This document shows positions 14,030 through 24,694 of a stretch of 64,000 nt of DNA, in pieces (within the stretch, counting starts at the first letter, position 1; each line of letters begins with the position of its first letter). The notes below the pieces were generated by a model that saw only the letters and a program-made list of their open reading frames with translations, searched no databases and was not told the origin of the DNA. Made by a program: the position numbers and the translations under genes. Source of the DNA: an uncultured delta proteobacterium (GTDB taxonomy: Bacteria; Desulfobacterota; Zymogenia; Zymogenales; Zymogenaceae); the NCBI GenBank assembly GCA_963735595.1, contig CAVTLK010000002.1, positions 416,001-480,000 on the forward strand, written 5' to 3'.

Positions 14030-14380
14030 GTGGAGGAGGCGACCACGCGGATATGGGACGTGCCGGTCGATCAACTGTGTAAAAATCACCTGCTGGGGGA
14101 GCACCGGGAGCTCCATGCGGTCTGGAACATCATCACGCTCGGAAAGCGAGGGTACAGCACCCATCCCGAGACCAAACGATGGGTCGGGAAGCTCGCCGCT
14201 CTCCACCGCCGTCACGAAGAGGAGGTCATCGAGATAACACGGCGGGGCTGGCGGCACGAGAGCCCGCTCGACGAGGGTCTGGCGACCGGGCGGACGGTCC
14301 AAGACTCCTTTGTCACTACTATCCCGGAGCAGCGGCGTATCCTCACCGAGCGCCGCTGCGGGTGTTTTAGGGGGGAATAG
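14030..14380 (+). CDS. Pyrimidine dimer DNA glycosylase / endonuclease V (T4 DenV-like) family protein
   Basis: RIWDV..LCKNHLLGEHRELH, HPETKRW and RRGWRHESPL match the short bacterial/archaeal members of this family. Confidence 0.75.
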   Translation: MEEATTRIWDVPVDQLCKNHLLGEHRELHAVWNIITLGKRGYSTHPETKRWVGKLAALHRRHEEEVIEITRRGWRHESPLDEGLATGRTVQDSFVTTIPEQRRILTERRCGCFRGE

Positions 14381-14504
14381 TGGAAGCGGTGGGATAGATA
14401 CTCGGTCAAACAGATACGGGGCGGGGCGCGTTTTCCGCCGACTTTTATTGCCAAACGATTGCCATCTGTGGTAGAGTGAGGCCCTGTTGTAACGGGCTTT
14501 TTTT

Positions 14505-15069
14505 ATGTTCGAGATCAGGTTTCACGGACGTGGGGGACAGGGGGCGGTGACGGCCGCGGAAATCACGGCGCTAGCCGCTTTCCTCGAAGGCAAGTACCCC
14601 CAGAGCTTCCCCGCCTTCGGGCTGGAGCGCCGGGGCGCGCCGGTTGCGGCGTTTCTGCGCATCGACGACAAGAAGATCACCATCAGGCAGGCGATATACG
14701 TCCCCGATTTCATCGCCGTTATGGATGCGACGCTGCTTGGCGCCGCACCGACGCTCGCGGGTTTAAAACCGGCCGGCGGGCTGTTGGTCAATACGCCAGC
14801 AGCCGCCCGAGTCGCTGGCAATCCCCGCCGGATTTACCGTCGGGACGGTGCCGGCCGGCGACATCGCGCTCAAACACGGCCTGGGTAACAGGCTCCTTCC
14901 CCTCATCAACACGACGATCCTCGGCGCGCTGGTCAGGATGACGGGGGTCGTCTCGCTCGACTCGCTGCTTTCGGCCATCGGGCAGTCCATGACGGCGGCA
15001 CGGGCCGAGGCCAACAAGGCCGGCGCCCGCGAGGCCTATGAAACGGTGGCGATTCACGAACCATCATGA
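14505..15069 (+). CDS. porC: 2-oxoacid:ferredoxin oxidoreductase gamma subunit (frameshifted near 14810)
   Basis: [26 protein letters not shown] and INTTILGA. Confidence 0.9.
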
Positions 15070-16736
15070 CCCAGAAGATCATCCTCAAGACGCTGGCCGA
15101 CTACCCCGAGGTCCCCGTATCCGAGGGGGAGATGCTGATTAACGAGACCGGAAGCTGGCGTTTCGCATCGCCGGCCTTTTCTCCCCGGCCCTCCCCCTGC
15201 AGCCGAGCCTGCCCCCTCGAAAACGACATCCCCGGCATAATGCGGCGGTTTGCCGAGGGGGATATCGAGGGCGCGGCGGATACGTTTTACTGGGAAGACC
15301 CCTTTCCGGCATTGCTGGGCCGGGTCTGCCCCGGCTTCTGCATGGCCGACTGCAACCGGGCGCAGTTTGACGAGCGCGTCTCGATCAGGGACATCGAGCG
15401 GTTCGTCGGCGACCGTTTGTCCCGGCAGGGCCCTCCCGTCGAGGGTGAGCGGACCGGCAAATCCGTCGCGATCGTCGGCTCCGGCCCGGCGGGGCTTTCG
15501 GCGGCCTACTTTCTCGCGATAATGGGGCACGCCGTCACCATATTCGAGAAAGAACGGCATATCGGCGGTATCCCCCGGCTGGGCATCCCCGCCTACCGGC
15601 TCTCTCGGAGAGTTATCGACGCCGCGGCCTGGCGGGTGCGCACGATGGGCGTGACAATCAAGACGGGGCGTGCGATACGGCCCGAAGACCTCGCCGGCCT
15701 CTCGTCTTCTCACGACGCCCTGTTTATCGCCCCGGGCGCGCATACGTCGGCAATGATGGGGATCGCGGGTGAGGAGTTGCCCGGGGTAACCCGGGGGCTT
15801 TCCTTTCTCAGGGACGTTAACGCCGGGATCATAAAGGCTCTGAGCGGGAATTATCTCGTTGTCGGCGGCGGCAATACGGCACTGGACGCGGCGCGGGCCG
15901 TCATGCGTCTCGGCGGGCGGCCCACGGTCGTCTACCGCCGGGGCCGCGACGACATGCCCGCCTTTGCCGACGAGATCAATGAGGCGCTGGAGGAAAACGT
16001 CCCGATCGAGTATTTCAGGGCGCCGGTCAAAGTCGAGCGGGGCGAGGCCGGGAAGCTCCTGGTCACCCTGATCTCCATGAGGCCGGGCGCTCCCGATGGT
16101 TCCGGCAGGCCGCGGCCCGTGCCGATGGCCGGGTCCGAGCACGTCGTCGAGGCGACGGGCTGATTACGGCCGTCGGCGAGACGGTCGACCCGGCGCTCGT
16201 CGAAGTCGGGGGCACGGCCGCCCGCGGGCCCGATTATCATCGGCGGTGACGCGGCCGGCGGCCGCGCACCGTGGCGGATGCCGCCGCGTCGGGGAAGAGG
16301 GCCGCCATGCGGATAGACCGGATGCATTTCCGGCCAAGCGACCGACCCGGACGAGAACGCCGCCGGAGGCTTTCGGGCGCACTGGGAGAAGCGGTCGGTA
16401 GTGCCGGCCGAGCCGGTTCGCTTCGATGAGCTGAACACCGACTATTTTGAACGGATGCCGTCGGTCGCCGCGAAAAGGATCGCGCCCGATCGGAGGGTTC
16501 GGACCTTTGCCGAGGTCACCCGGACATACGGCGAAAAGGCGGCGATCGCCGAGGCCGGACGGTGTTTTGTCTGCGGGTCGTGCGCCGGGTGCGAGGTCTG
16601 CGCGACGTTCTGCCCCGATTTCTCGGTCTCGGTGCGGGACTACTCGGCGCAGATCGACTACCGCTACTGCAAGGGGTGCGGCATCTGCGTCCGGGAATGC
16701 CCCCGCGGGGTGATCGCAACCCGAACGGACGATTAG
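15066..16736 (+). CDS. GltD/NfnB-like FAD/NAD(P)-binding Fe-S oxidoreductase fused with the PFOR delta-type ferredoxin (frameshifted 16160-16400)
   Basis: N-terminal TGSWR, PCSRACP..GRVCPGFC..CNR, VAIVGSGPAGL, VVGGGNTALDAAR; C-terminal CFVCGSCAGCEVCATFCP and YCKGCGICVRECP. Confidence 0.85.
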
Positions 16737-16803
16737 CGGCGCCGTTTACCCTGTCGACGGCGGCACACGGCGGGAAAGAGTGAGAGGAGAGAAGGTATAG
16801 GCG

Positions 16804-17999
16804 ATGAAGAAACTCCTTGAGGGAAATCTTGCCGTCTCGTACGGCGTGATGCTCTCCCGGGCACAGGTGATACCGGTCTATCCCATCACCCCGCAGACCC
16901 ACATCTCGGAGGCGCTGGCCGAGATGGTGGCCGACGGGAGGCTCTCGGCCCGCTACATAAAGGTCGAGAGCGAGCACTCGGCCATGGCGGCCTGTATCGG
17001 CGCGGCCACCGCCGGCGCCCGTACGTTCACGGCAACCTCGGCCCAGGGGCTGGCCCTCATGCACGAGCTGCTCCACTGGGCCTCGGGGGCCCGGCTTCCC
17101 ATCGTCATGGCCGACGTAAACCGGACGCTGGCCGCGCCCTGGAACATCTGGAACGACCAGTCCGATTCCATGTCTCAGCGCGACACCGGCTGGCTCCAGT
17201 TCTACTGCGAGGACAACCAGGAATGCCTCGACACCGTTATTATGGCCTACCGGGTGTCCGAGCGGCTCCTGATCCCCAGCATGGTGGTGCTGGACGCCTT
17301 CATCCTCTCCCACACCCAGGAGATCGTCGACGTCCCGGACGCCGCGGCCGTGGATAAGTTCCTCCCGCCGCTCGATAATCCCTATGCCCTGGACATCGAC
17401 CGGCCGCGCGCGTATAGCCCCGTGGCGGGACCCGACCATTTTACCGAGTTCAAGTATCGGCAGTGGCGTGCCGCGAAACAGGCCGAAGACGTTATGACCG
17501 AGGTGAACGAGGAGTTTTCCCGGACCTTCGGCCGGTCGTACCCCCACGTTTCGCCCTATCGGATGGACGACGCCGAGGTTGTGATCGTGGCCTGCGGTGC
17601 GGTGTGCGGGACGATCCGGGCGGCCGTCGACGGGCTGAGGAACGAGGGGGTCCAGTGCGGGTATGGTAAAGGTCAGGACGTTTCGCCCGTTTCCGGAAAA
17701 TGACGCTTCGTGAGCTGCTGGCACCGATCGGGGCCACGGGGCGCGTTGGCGTCCTTGACAAGAGCGCCTTTCCCGGCGCGCCGTCGCCGCTTTTTACCGA
17801 GACCAGGGCCGCGCTCTACGGCCTGGCGAAATCACCGGCGCTCACGGGCCTTGTAGGGGGACTGGGAGGCAGGGATATCACGGTGGAGGTCGTCACCGAT
17901 GCCTTTCGGGGGCTCCTTTCGGGAAAGACCGATCGGGGCCCGATCTTCCTGGGCATGAAACCGGATGGAGATAAGACAGCGGATGAACACCGAACGTAA
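16804..17999 (+). CDS. porA: 2-oxoacid:ferredoxin oxidoreductase alpha subunit (frameshifted near 17660)
   Basis: YPITPQT, ESEHSAMAA, TATSAQGLALMHE, WNIWNDQSD and GGLGGRDIT. Confidence 0.9.
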
Positions 18000-19009
18000 C
18001 TATGGTCCGATAACTCCGGGGCATCTGGCCTGTCCGGGCTGCGGGGCGACGCTCGCCATGAGCTGGGTGCTCTCGGTCCTGGGGAGCCGTAGCGTCGTGG
18101 CGCTGCCGGCCTCCTGCTTTTCCATCATCAGCGGGGCCTTTCCCAATTTCCCGCTCAGGGTCAACCTTGTCCACACCGCCTTCGAGACGGCGGCCGCCAT
18201 GGCCACGGGCCTCAAGGCGGGGCTGGAGGCAACCGGAAGGCCGGACGTGCGCGTCGTGGCCTGGGCGGGAGACGGCGGGACGTTTGACATAGGGCTGCAG
18301 GCGCTCTCCGGGGCGGCCGAGCGAAACGAGGACATCCTCTACGTCTGCTACGACAACGAGGCATACATGAACACCGGAAACCAGCGCAGCTCCGCCACCC
18401 CGCTCAACGCCTGGACGACCACGACCCCGACCGGCGGAACTCGGAGAAAAAAAGGACATCCTCGCGATCATGGCGGCCCACGCGGATCCCGTACGCCGCC
18501 TCGGCCTCTATCGCCTACCCGGAGGACCTGAAGACAAAGGTCCGTCGGGCGATGAGGTTTCGGGGCACGAAATTTATTCACATCCTCTCGTCCGTGCCCC
18601 ACGGGCTGGCGGATGACCCAGGATATGACGATTACCGCGGCCAGGCTCGCGGTCACCAGCGGGCGCCTTTCCGCTGCTGGAAATAGAGGACGGCATGAGG
18701 ACTCGTCGTCTCCCAGCGGCCCGACGGGAAGATCCCGGTCGCCGAATACTGAAGATGCAGGGACGGTTCGGGCACCTGACCGACGAAATGATCGAGGCGG
18801 CCCAGCGGGCCGTCGACGAGCGGTGGAGGCGGCTTGAGGCCACGGCCGACGAAGTGCACGAGATCGGCGAGGACTTCCCGGAGAAAGGGCGGAAGAACGG
18901 GAAATCGTCCGAAAAACAGTTATCCAGTATTGAGGGGTTCCATTATGACACAACCGCACGATCGGAAGCAGGAGACGATCGATCTGCTTTCGCGCCTATC
19001 TCAGGATAG
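17965..19009 (+). CDS. porB: 2-oxoacid:ferredoxin oxidoreductase beta subunit, TPP-binding (frameshifted; end approximate)
   Basis: GHLACPGCG, AWAGDGGTFDIGLQALSG, YDNEAYMNTGNQRSSATP and QGRFGHL. Confidence 0.9.
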
Positions 19010-20284
19010 ACACCACCAACCCGCCGGGAAACGAGACGGTCGCCGCCCGTTCTTCGCGGATATATTCAAAAAAGAGGGCATCGCCCACACGATATGGGAG
19101 TCAAAGCCGGGCCGGGGCTCGATCATGGCGAGGATCCCCCGCGATCCCGGAGCAAAGACGCCGGACCCGGGCCCGCTGGCGCTCATGCACCACAGCGACG
19201 TGGTCCCGGCCGATCCGTGCCGAGTGGAGCTTTGATCCCTTCGGCGGCGAGATCAAAGACGGGTACGTCTGCGGACGCGGGACGCTGGATACCAAGGGGC
19301 TGGGGATTATGGAGCTTATGGCGTTTTTGACCGCCAAGCGCGACGGGTTTAAGCTAAAGCGCGACCTGGTCTTTCTTGCCGTTGCCGACGAGGAGATGGG
19401 CGGGGACTGGGGCATGGACTGGCTCGTCAAGAACCACTACGACCAGATCAAGGCGAGCTTCGTCATCAACGAGGGCGGGATCGGGGTATCGGACCTCATC
19501 GGCGGCAAGAACCTCCACATGGTTGCCACCGGCGAAAAGGGTCTCTGCTGGCTTGAGCTTACCCGCACCGGCCCCCCGGGCACGGCTCCACCCCCCACGG
19601 ACAGAACTCGCTCGAACTGCTGAACCTGGCGCTCACCCGGCTCTTGACCGCCCCGATTCCCTACGAGGTGAAGCCGGCGGTCGCCGAATATTTCAGGAAC
19701 CTGGCGCGGGGGTGGGATTTCCTCAAGCCCTTCGGGGACGACGGACGACCCGAGACGCTGATACGGCTCCTGACCGAAACCGGGCTCATCACCAACCCGC
19801 AGCTTTCGGCGATGCTCAAGAATACGATCAGCCTCAACGTCATGAACGCGGGTGACAAGACAAACTCCATCCCCGGCCGGTCGGTCGCGCATCTGGACAC
19901 GCGCCTCTTGCCCGGACGAGGACATGGAGTCGTTCGTGGCGTGGATACGAAAGACGCTGGCCGACGACGAGATCCAGGTCAAGTACCTGCATACGTCGCG
20001 CGCCAACGAATCGCCCTTCGACACCGAGGAGTACCGGATTATCACCGAGGTCATGGAGCATCACTGCCCGGGATCGGTGGTCACGCCGTCGCTGTTGACG
20101 GGCGGCTCGGACTCTCGCTTCTACCGCGACAAGGGGGTGCCGACCTACGGGATCTTCCCGGCGGTCGTCCCGATGGCCGACGTGACGGGGATGATCCACG
20201 GGGTGGACGAAAAGGTCTCCGTAGACAACATGATCACGGGGACCCGAGATAGTCACGGATATGGTCAAGAGACTCTGCACGTAA
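18945..20284 (+). CDS. M20/M25/M40 family metallo-hydrolase (multiple frameshifts)
   Basis: DTTNPPG, HHSDVVPAD, GRGTLDTKG, ADEEMGG, INEGG, GGSDSRFYR and MIHGVDEK. Confidence 0.85.
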
Positions 20285-20307
20285 CTGCTGAAGAAAGGGA
20301 GGATGCC

Positions 20308-21252
20308 ATGAAGATACGGGAAGTCGATAAGGTAGAGATTACGACCCTTCAGGATAACTATATCGATTTGCTCATGCGGGACAACTCCGACGTCGTTTCA
20401 GGGCGATGCCGCTCAAGGACATGGAGGTCAAGAACTCGGTTCTGGCCGAGCACGGGTTTTCGGCGCTCGTTAGCGTAAGCGCGGGCGACGCGGTCCGGAG
20501 CATCCTCTTTGATTTCGGATTTTCGGCCCACGGGGCGGCCTTCAACGCCCGGGCGCTGAACCTGGACCTTTCGGACGTGGAGGCCACGGTCCTTTCGCAC
20601 GGCCACCTCGACCACGTGGGCGGCATTGCCGAGCTTTCCGGGCTCATCGGGAAAAAGGGGACACCGCTCGTCCTCCACCCGGAGGCGTTCAGGAACCCGC
20701 GCTATATTAAATTCTCTGAGGAGTTCAAAGTAAAGTTCCCGCCGCTGACGCGCAAGCAGGTGACGGACGCGGGCCTTACGGCGACAGAGACAACCACACC
20801 CTACGGCCTGCTCGACGACGCGGTCCTTTTTCTCGGCGAAGTCCCGAGAAAGACCGATTTCGAGACGGGGGCGCCCAACTTCTTCTACGAGAAGGACGGA
20901 AACGAAACGTGGGACGACCTGGCCGACGACTCGGCAATCGTCATGAACGTGCGCGGACAAGGGGCTCGTGGTCATCTCGGGATGCGCCCACTCGGGCATT
21001 GTCAATACCGTCACCTACGCCCGGCAGGCGACGGGGGTCGATACGGTGTTTGCCATTATGGGCGGCTTTCACCTCTCCGGCCCGGGGATGGAACCTCTCG
21101 TCGAAAAGACGACGAAGGGCCTGAGGCAATTCAAACCGGCCTACGTCATCCCGACCCACTGCACCGGCAGGTACGCAATCGGGGCGATTGAGCGCGAGAT
21201 GCCGAACAGCTTTATCCTCAACATGGTCGGGACCAAGCTGACCTTCAGTTAG
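20308..21252 (+). CDS. MBL-fold metallo-hydrolase (frameshifted)
   Basis: AEHGFSALV, LSHGHLDHVGG, SGCAHSGIVN, MGGFHL and PTHCTG. Confidence 0.85.
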
Positions 21253-21296
21253 GCGGCGGACAGCTTTTCAGATTAGATAGTTTAAGGAGACATCAG

Positions 21297-21593
21297 ATGA
21301 TTATTACCGCCCGTCTCAAGGCAAAAGTGGGCAGTGAACATAGAATGGAACAGCTCCTTACCGACATGGTAAAAAAGGTCGCGACGGAGCCCGGCGCGCT
21401 GGCCTACACGGTCCACCGCTCGGCGGCCGACCCGACGGTCTTCCTGATCTACGAGAAGTATACCGACGGGAAGGCGTTTGAATTTCACGCGAAGTCACCG
21501 CACTTCGCCGAGCTCAGCGGCTCTATGGGGGAAATCCTCGACGGGGCGCCGGACATCCAGGCATGGGAAGAGGTCGCGGTGATCAAGCGGTAG
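21297..21593 (+). CDS. Antibiotic biosynthesis monooxygenase (ABM) / putative quinol monooxygenase
   Basis: EPGALAYTVHRS..DPTVFLIYEKY..AFEFHAKSPHF. Confidence 0.85.
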   Translation: MIITARLKAKVGSEHRMEQLLTDMVKKVATEPGALAYTVHRSAADPTVFLIYEKYTDGKAFEFHAKSPHFAELSGSMGEILDGAPDIQAWEEVAVIKR

Positions 21594-21676
21594 GTTGGTA
21601 CGGCGGACCTATCGGTGACGAAAACGGTAAGGGCCGCATATGTGCGGCCCTTTTTTAAGGGATCGGCGAATTTCCG

Positions 21677-22138
21677 CTATCGTGCAGCGAAACGGGCGCG
21701 GCATGCCGTGCCTCGCGGATATAGAGAGACGTTCCTACTGCCGTGCGAACCGGAAGACGAGAAACGTCCCGAAGCCCACGCACCAGAGGTTGATGAAGGC
21801 GTTGAGCACGGTATCGAGCGCCGAGACCCGAGTACATCCCGTTCTGGATATTGAATGAAAAATCGATGACGCCGAGGAATATCAGTGCCCCCCGCCGCGA
21901 CCAGTGAAAGCGACCGGCCGAGCGGTTTGCCGCGCAGCAAATAAATAGCCGACACAATCAGGGTTAACGCCAGGACCGAGTCCGGCGGCGGAAACGAATG
22001 CTCGAACACGAAATAGCCGTCCGGCGGGTTTGCCGGCGCCAGACCCACCGTGAAAAAGCCGACCCAGAAGAGGATGATGCCGAGGCCGGTGATTATCTCG
22101 AGAACCGCGACTGTTTGTTCGGATAGTCCTTTTCCCAT
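21677..22138 (-). CDS. Small membrane protein (frameshifted; end uncertain)
   Basis: Several hydrophobic helices (GLGIILFWVGFF, FEHSFPPPD, ALIFLGVIDFSFN in the shifted frame); co-oriented with the upstream SDR. Confidence 0.6.
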   Translation of the reverse strand: MGKGLSEQTVAVLEIITGLGIILFWVGFFTVGLAPANPPDGYFVFEHSFPPPDSVLALTLIVSAIYLLRGKPLGRSLSLVAAGGTDIPRRHRFFIQYPERDVLGSRRSIPCSTPSSTSGAWASGRFSSSGSHGSRNVSLYPRGTACRARFAAR

Positions 22139-22170
22139 ACGTACCCTCCCGCGTGTATACAGATAAAAGC

Positions 22171-22992
22171 CTATCGGTTCTTCTGCACCTTCCTCACCGT
22201 CCCGTCCACCACCCACCGCACGACGCCCGGGATGAACCGCTGGGCAAGCACCGTGAACTTACCGTCAAACCCCGGCAGGATGATAAACTTCCCTTTCTCC
22301 ATTCCGCTGATCATCGCGGCGGCCACCGCCTCCGGGGTCATGAGCTTCGCCTTGGCGGTGAGGGCCTTCGTCTCCGGGGGCTTGGTCAGGTTTTCGACGA
22401 CCAGCCCCGGCGTGTCGGTATCCGGCGGGCACAGGACGAAGAGCTCTATCCCGTATCCGGCCAGCTCGCAGCGGAGCGCCTCCGAAAAGCCGAGGACGGC
22501 AAACTTGCTCGCGTTGTAGTCGGTGTAGCCGAAAACGCCGACGTAACCCGCGATCGACGACGTGTTGACGATCGCCCCGCAGCCCCGCGCCTTCATCGCC
22601 GGCAGGAGCGCCGCGATGGTGTTTCGCGTGCCGTAGAGGTTGATCTTCATCGTCTCGTCAAACTGCTCGTAGCCCATCTCCACGAAGATCCGGGGGGTCG
22701 CCTGGCCGGCGCAGTTGACGAGGACGGTCGGCGTCCCGAATTCCTTGAGCGCCCGCTTCATGACCCGGTCGACCTCTTTGTGATCGGCGACATCCATCGA
22801 ATAGGAGGCAAAACGCTGCCCGGCCGATTTCGCCCGGCCGGCGACGCGCTTTTCCGCATATTTAAGCCGCTCCCCGTTGCGGGCAAAGATGGAGACGTGC
22901 GCCCCCCGCTCGGCGAAGAGCTTGGCGGCGGCAAAGCCGATCCCCATGGACCCGCCGACGACGTAAATGATCTCATTATTGAAGTCTTTCAT
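22171..22992 (-). CDS. SDR family oxidoreductase (3-dehydrosphinganine reductase-like subgroup)
   Basis: GGSMGIG, LVNCAG, YNASKF catalytic motif, and CPPDTDTPG..EN..KP.ET typical of KDSR-like SDRs. Confidence 0.88.
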   Translation of the reverse strand: MKDFNNEIIYVVGGSMGIGFAAAKLFAERGAHVSIFARNGERLKYAEKRVAGRAKSAGQRFASYSMDVADHKEVDRVMKRALKEFGTPTVLVNCAGQATPRIFVEMGYEQFDETMKINLYGTRNTIAALLPAMKARGCGAIVNTSSIAGYVGVFGYTDYNASKFAVLGFSEALRCELAGYGIELFVLCPPDTDTPGLVVENLTKPPETKALTAKAKLMTPEAVAAAMISGMEKGKFIILPGFDGKFTVLAQRFIPGVVRWVVDGTVRKVQKNR

Positions 22993-23049
22993 ATAACTGT
23001 CCTTTCCCTTGGCATGCTACACGCAAAGGAAATCCTCCCACACAGCTGC

Positions 23050-24028
23050 TTATCGCTTGATCTTTCCCGGAAGGATGAAGGGGTACGGCCGCATGAGGAT
23101 GCGTGTCTTCAGGAACCGGTCGATCCTGCGGAAGGCGAGCCACAGACGCCAGATCCAGGCATCCTCCTTGTAATAGGAGGCGACCTCTTTTTCCGTTATC
23201 GGTTCAACGGCAAGCTCCTTTGCCTCGGTCTTAAAAAAGTCGTTAACGACGGCCACGAGCCCCGGTATCAGCTCGGGGCGCTGCTCCTTGTAGAAATTGG
23301 CCACCAGGTCAACGGCAACCAGGTGAAAGCTGTAGTACCGGGTCATCACGTCGGCCAGGAACAGCCAGCGGATGAGCCAGACCAAGAAACGACGGGGCCG
23401 CCCTCAGGAAGAGCTCCGGGTCGAGCTGCTCGGTCCCCTTCTTCTTGATGAAACGGCGTGCTCGTGTCAAAATAGACGAGCCGTGTCTTGTCGGTGACCT
23501 TCGGGTTTTTCGGGTCAAAGCCCGACGATCGACCAGTTCGATATCTGGCCGTCGATGCCGATCTCGATGCCGGTCTTTTTCGCGTTGAAGACCCAGACCT
23601 TTTTGAGCTCCCTCAATACGAGCCTGACCAGGAGCGTGACCTGCGTCCGGGCTGACCGTGTGAATGGCGCGGTTGCCGATGGATTCGGCCAGGAGCCGTT
23701 TCTGGACGTCAAACATCACGAGGCGCCCTTTGTTCGTCTCGATGACGGCCGCATCGAAATCGGGCAGCTCGAGACCTACCCGATTTGTAAGGATTTCGTT
23801 ATAATCGTTGTAGATCGTTTCGTAGCGCGCAACTTCCTGCCGGGTCAAAAAGATCGGCATCCGCTTATAGGCAAGGTCGCGGTGGCCTTCTTTCCCTACC
23901 GCAAATACCGTGGACATCTCCCCGTATCCCAGGACCTCGGCCGGGATTGTGCTCCTGTCGGGATGGCGCGGGTCAAGCCCCTCCTCGAAGGCGGCCAGGA
24001 GCTTCTTGTCGATCGAAAGACTCTTCAT
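23050..24028 (-). CDS. Uncharacterised kinase-like protein (possibly DUF6206 family; frameshifted)
   Basis: Reconstructed over three frames: VLGYGEMSTVF, AYKRMP, IDGQISNW, VYFDTSTP, DLVANFYKE and YPFILPGKIKR. Confidence 0.65.
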
Positions 24029-24069
24029 ATGAATGACTCCGTATAATGGTAGTAATTCTTGGTGCTCGT

Positions 24070-24663
24070 TTAAGGAGACAGACTCCTTCGTGTCTTTGCC
24101 TCTTCGTGGGGTATTCGTAGATCGGGCGTACCGAGGAATTCACCACAAAGACACGAAGGCACGAAGATGGAAACGAGCCCCTTATTACTTTCCTTTGTGT
24201 CTTTCGTGCCTTTGTGGTGAATACCCCTTTCCCGACCCCATAAATTAGCGGCCGCGCCGACGATACAGGAATATGGCGGTTGGCGGCCGCGGCTCATATC
24301 ACCTTCCTGCTCCCGCTCGGCACGCCTGCCGCCGAAGACGTGGATAGTCCGCGTGCCGGCGACGAACTCCCCGGCGTGGGGTGCGCCCTTCGGGATATGG
24401 TACTCCTGCCCGGGGAGGACCGGTGTCTTCCCCCCGTCGATGATCAGGGTGTAACACCCCTGGATTACGATAAAATACTCGTCGAAATCGTGGGTATGCT
24501 CGCCCGATACGCCGTCTTGCCGGCATTCCCAGAACGCCGCCTGGCTCCCATCAGCGCCGTCAAAGACGTACCCCTCCACGCCTGTGCTCTGGGACGCGGC
24601 GCTCACTGCGTTGGCCGGGTTTTTCATGAAATCGGGGAATCGACGAACGATACTCATTGTCAT
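24070..24663 (-). CDS. Cupin domain protein (the ORF tail runs through the repeat; true end probably near 24290)
   Basis: HTHDFDEYFIVIQG and IPKGAPHAG cupin motifs. Confidence 0.75.
   Translation of the reverse strand: MTMSIVRRFPDFMKNPANAVSAASQSTGVEGYVFDGADGSQAAFWECRQDGVSGEHTHDFDEYFIVIQGCYTLIIDGGKTPVLPGQEYHIPKGAPHAGEFVAGTRTIHVFGGRRAEREQEGDMSRGRQPPYSCIVGAAANLWGRERGIHHKGTKDTKESNKGLVSIFVPSCLCGEFLGTPDLRIPHEEAKTRRSLSP
24085..24222. repeat. Intergenic palindromic repeats of the CACCACAAAGACACGAAG type (three partial copies, one inverted pair)
   Basis: attcaccacaaagacacgaaggcacgaag (24138-24166) pairs imperfectly with ctttgtgtctttcgtgcctttgtggtgaat (24193-24222); a third copy lies at 24085-24109. 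Confidence 0.7.
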
Positions 24664-24694
24664 CCCGATAATGAGAATGCGGTATGACCGCCCG

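Noticed and set aside
16161..16163. In-frame TGA as possible selenocysteine in the flavoprotein (also TGA at about 28397)
   Set aside because: The conserved sequence continues in a different frame, so these are frameshift artefacts, and the positions do not align with catalytic Cys.
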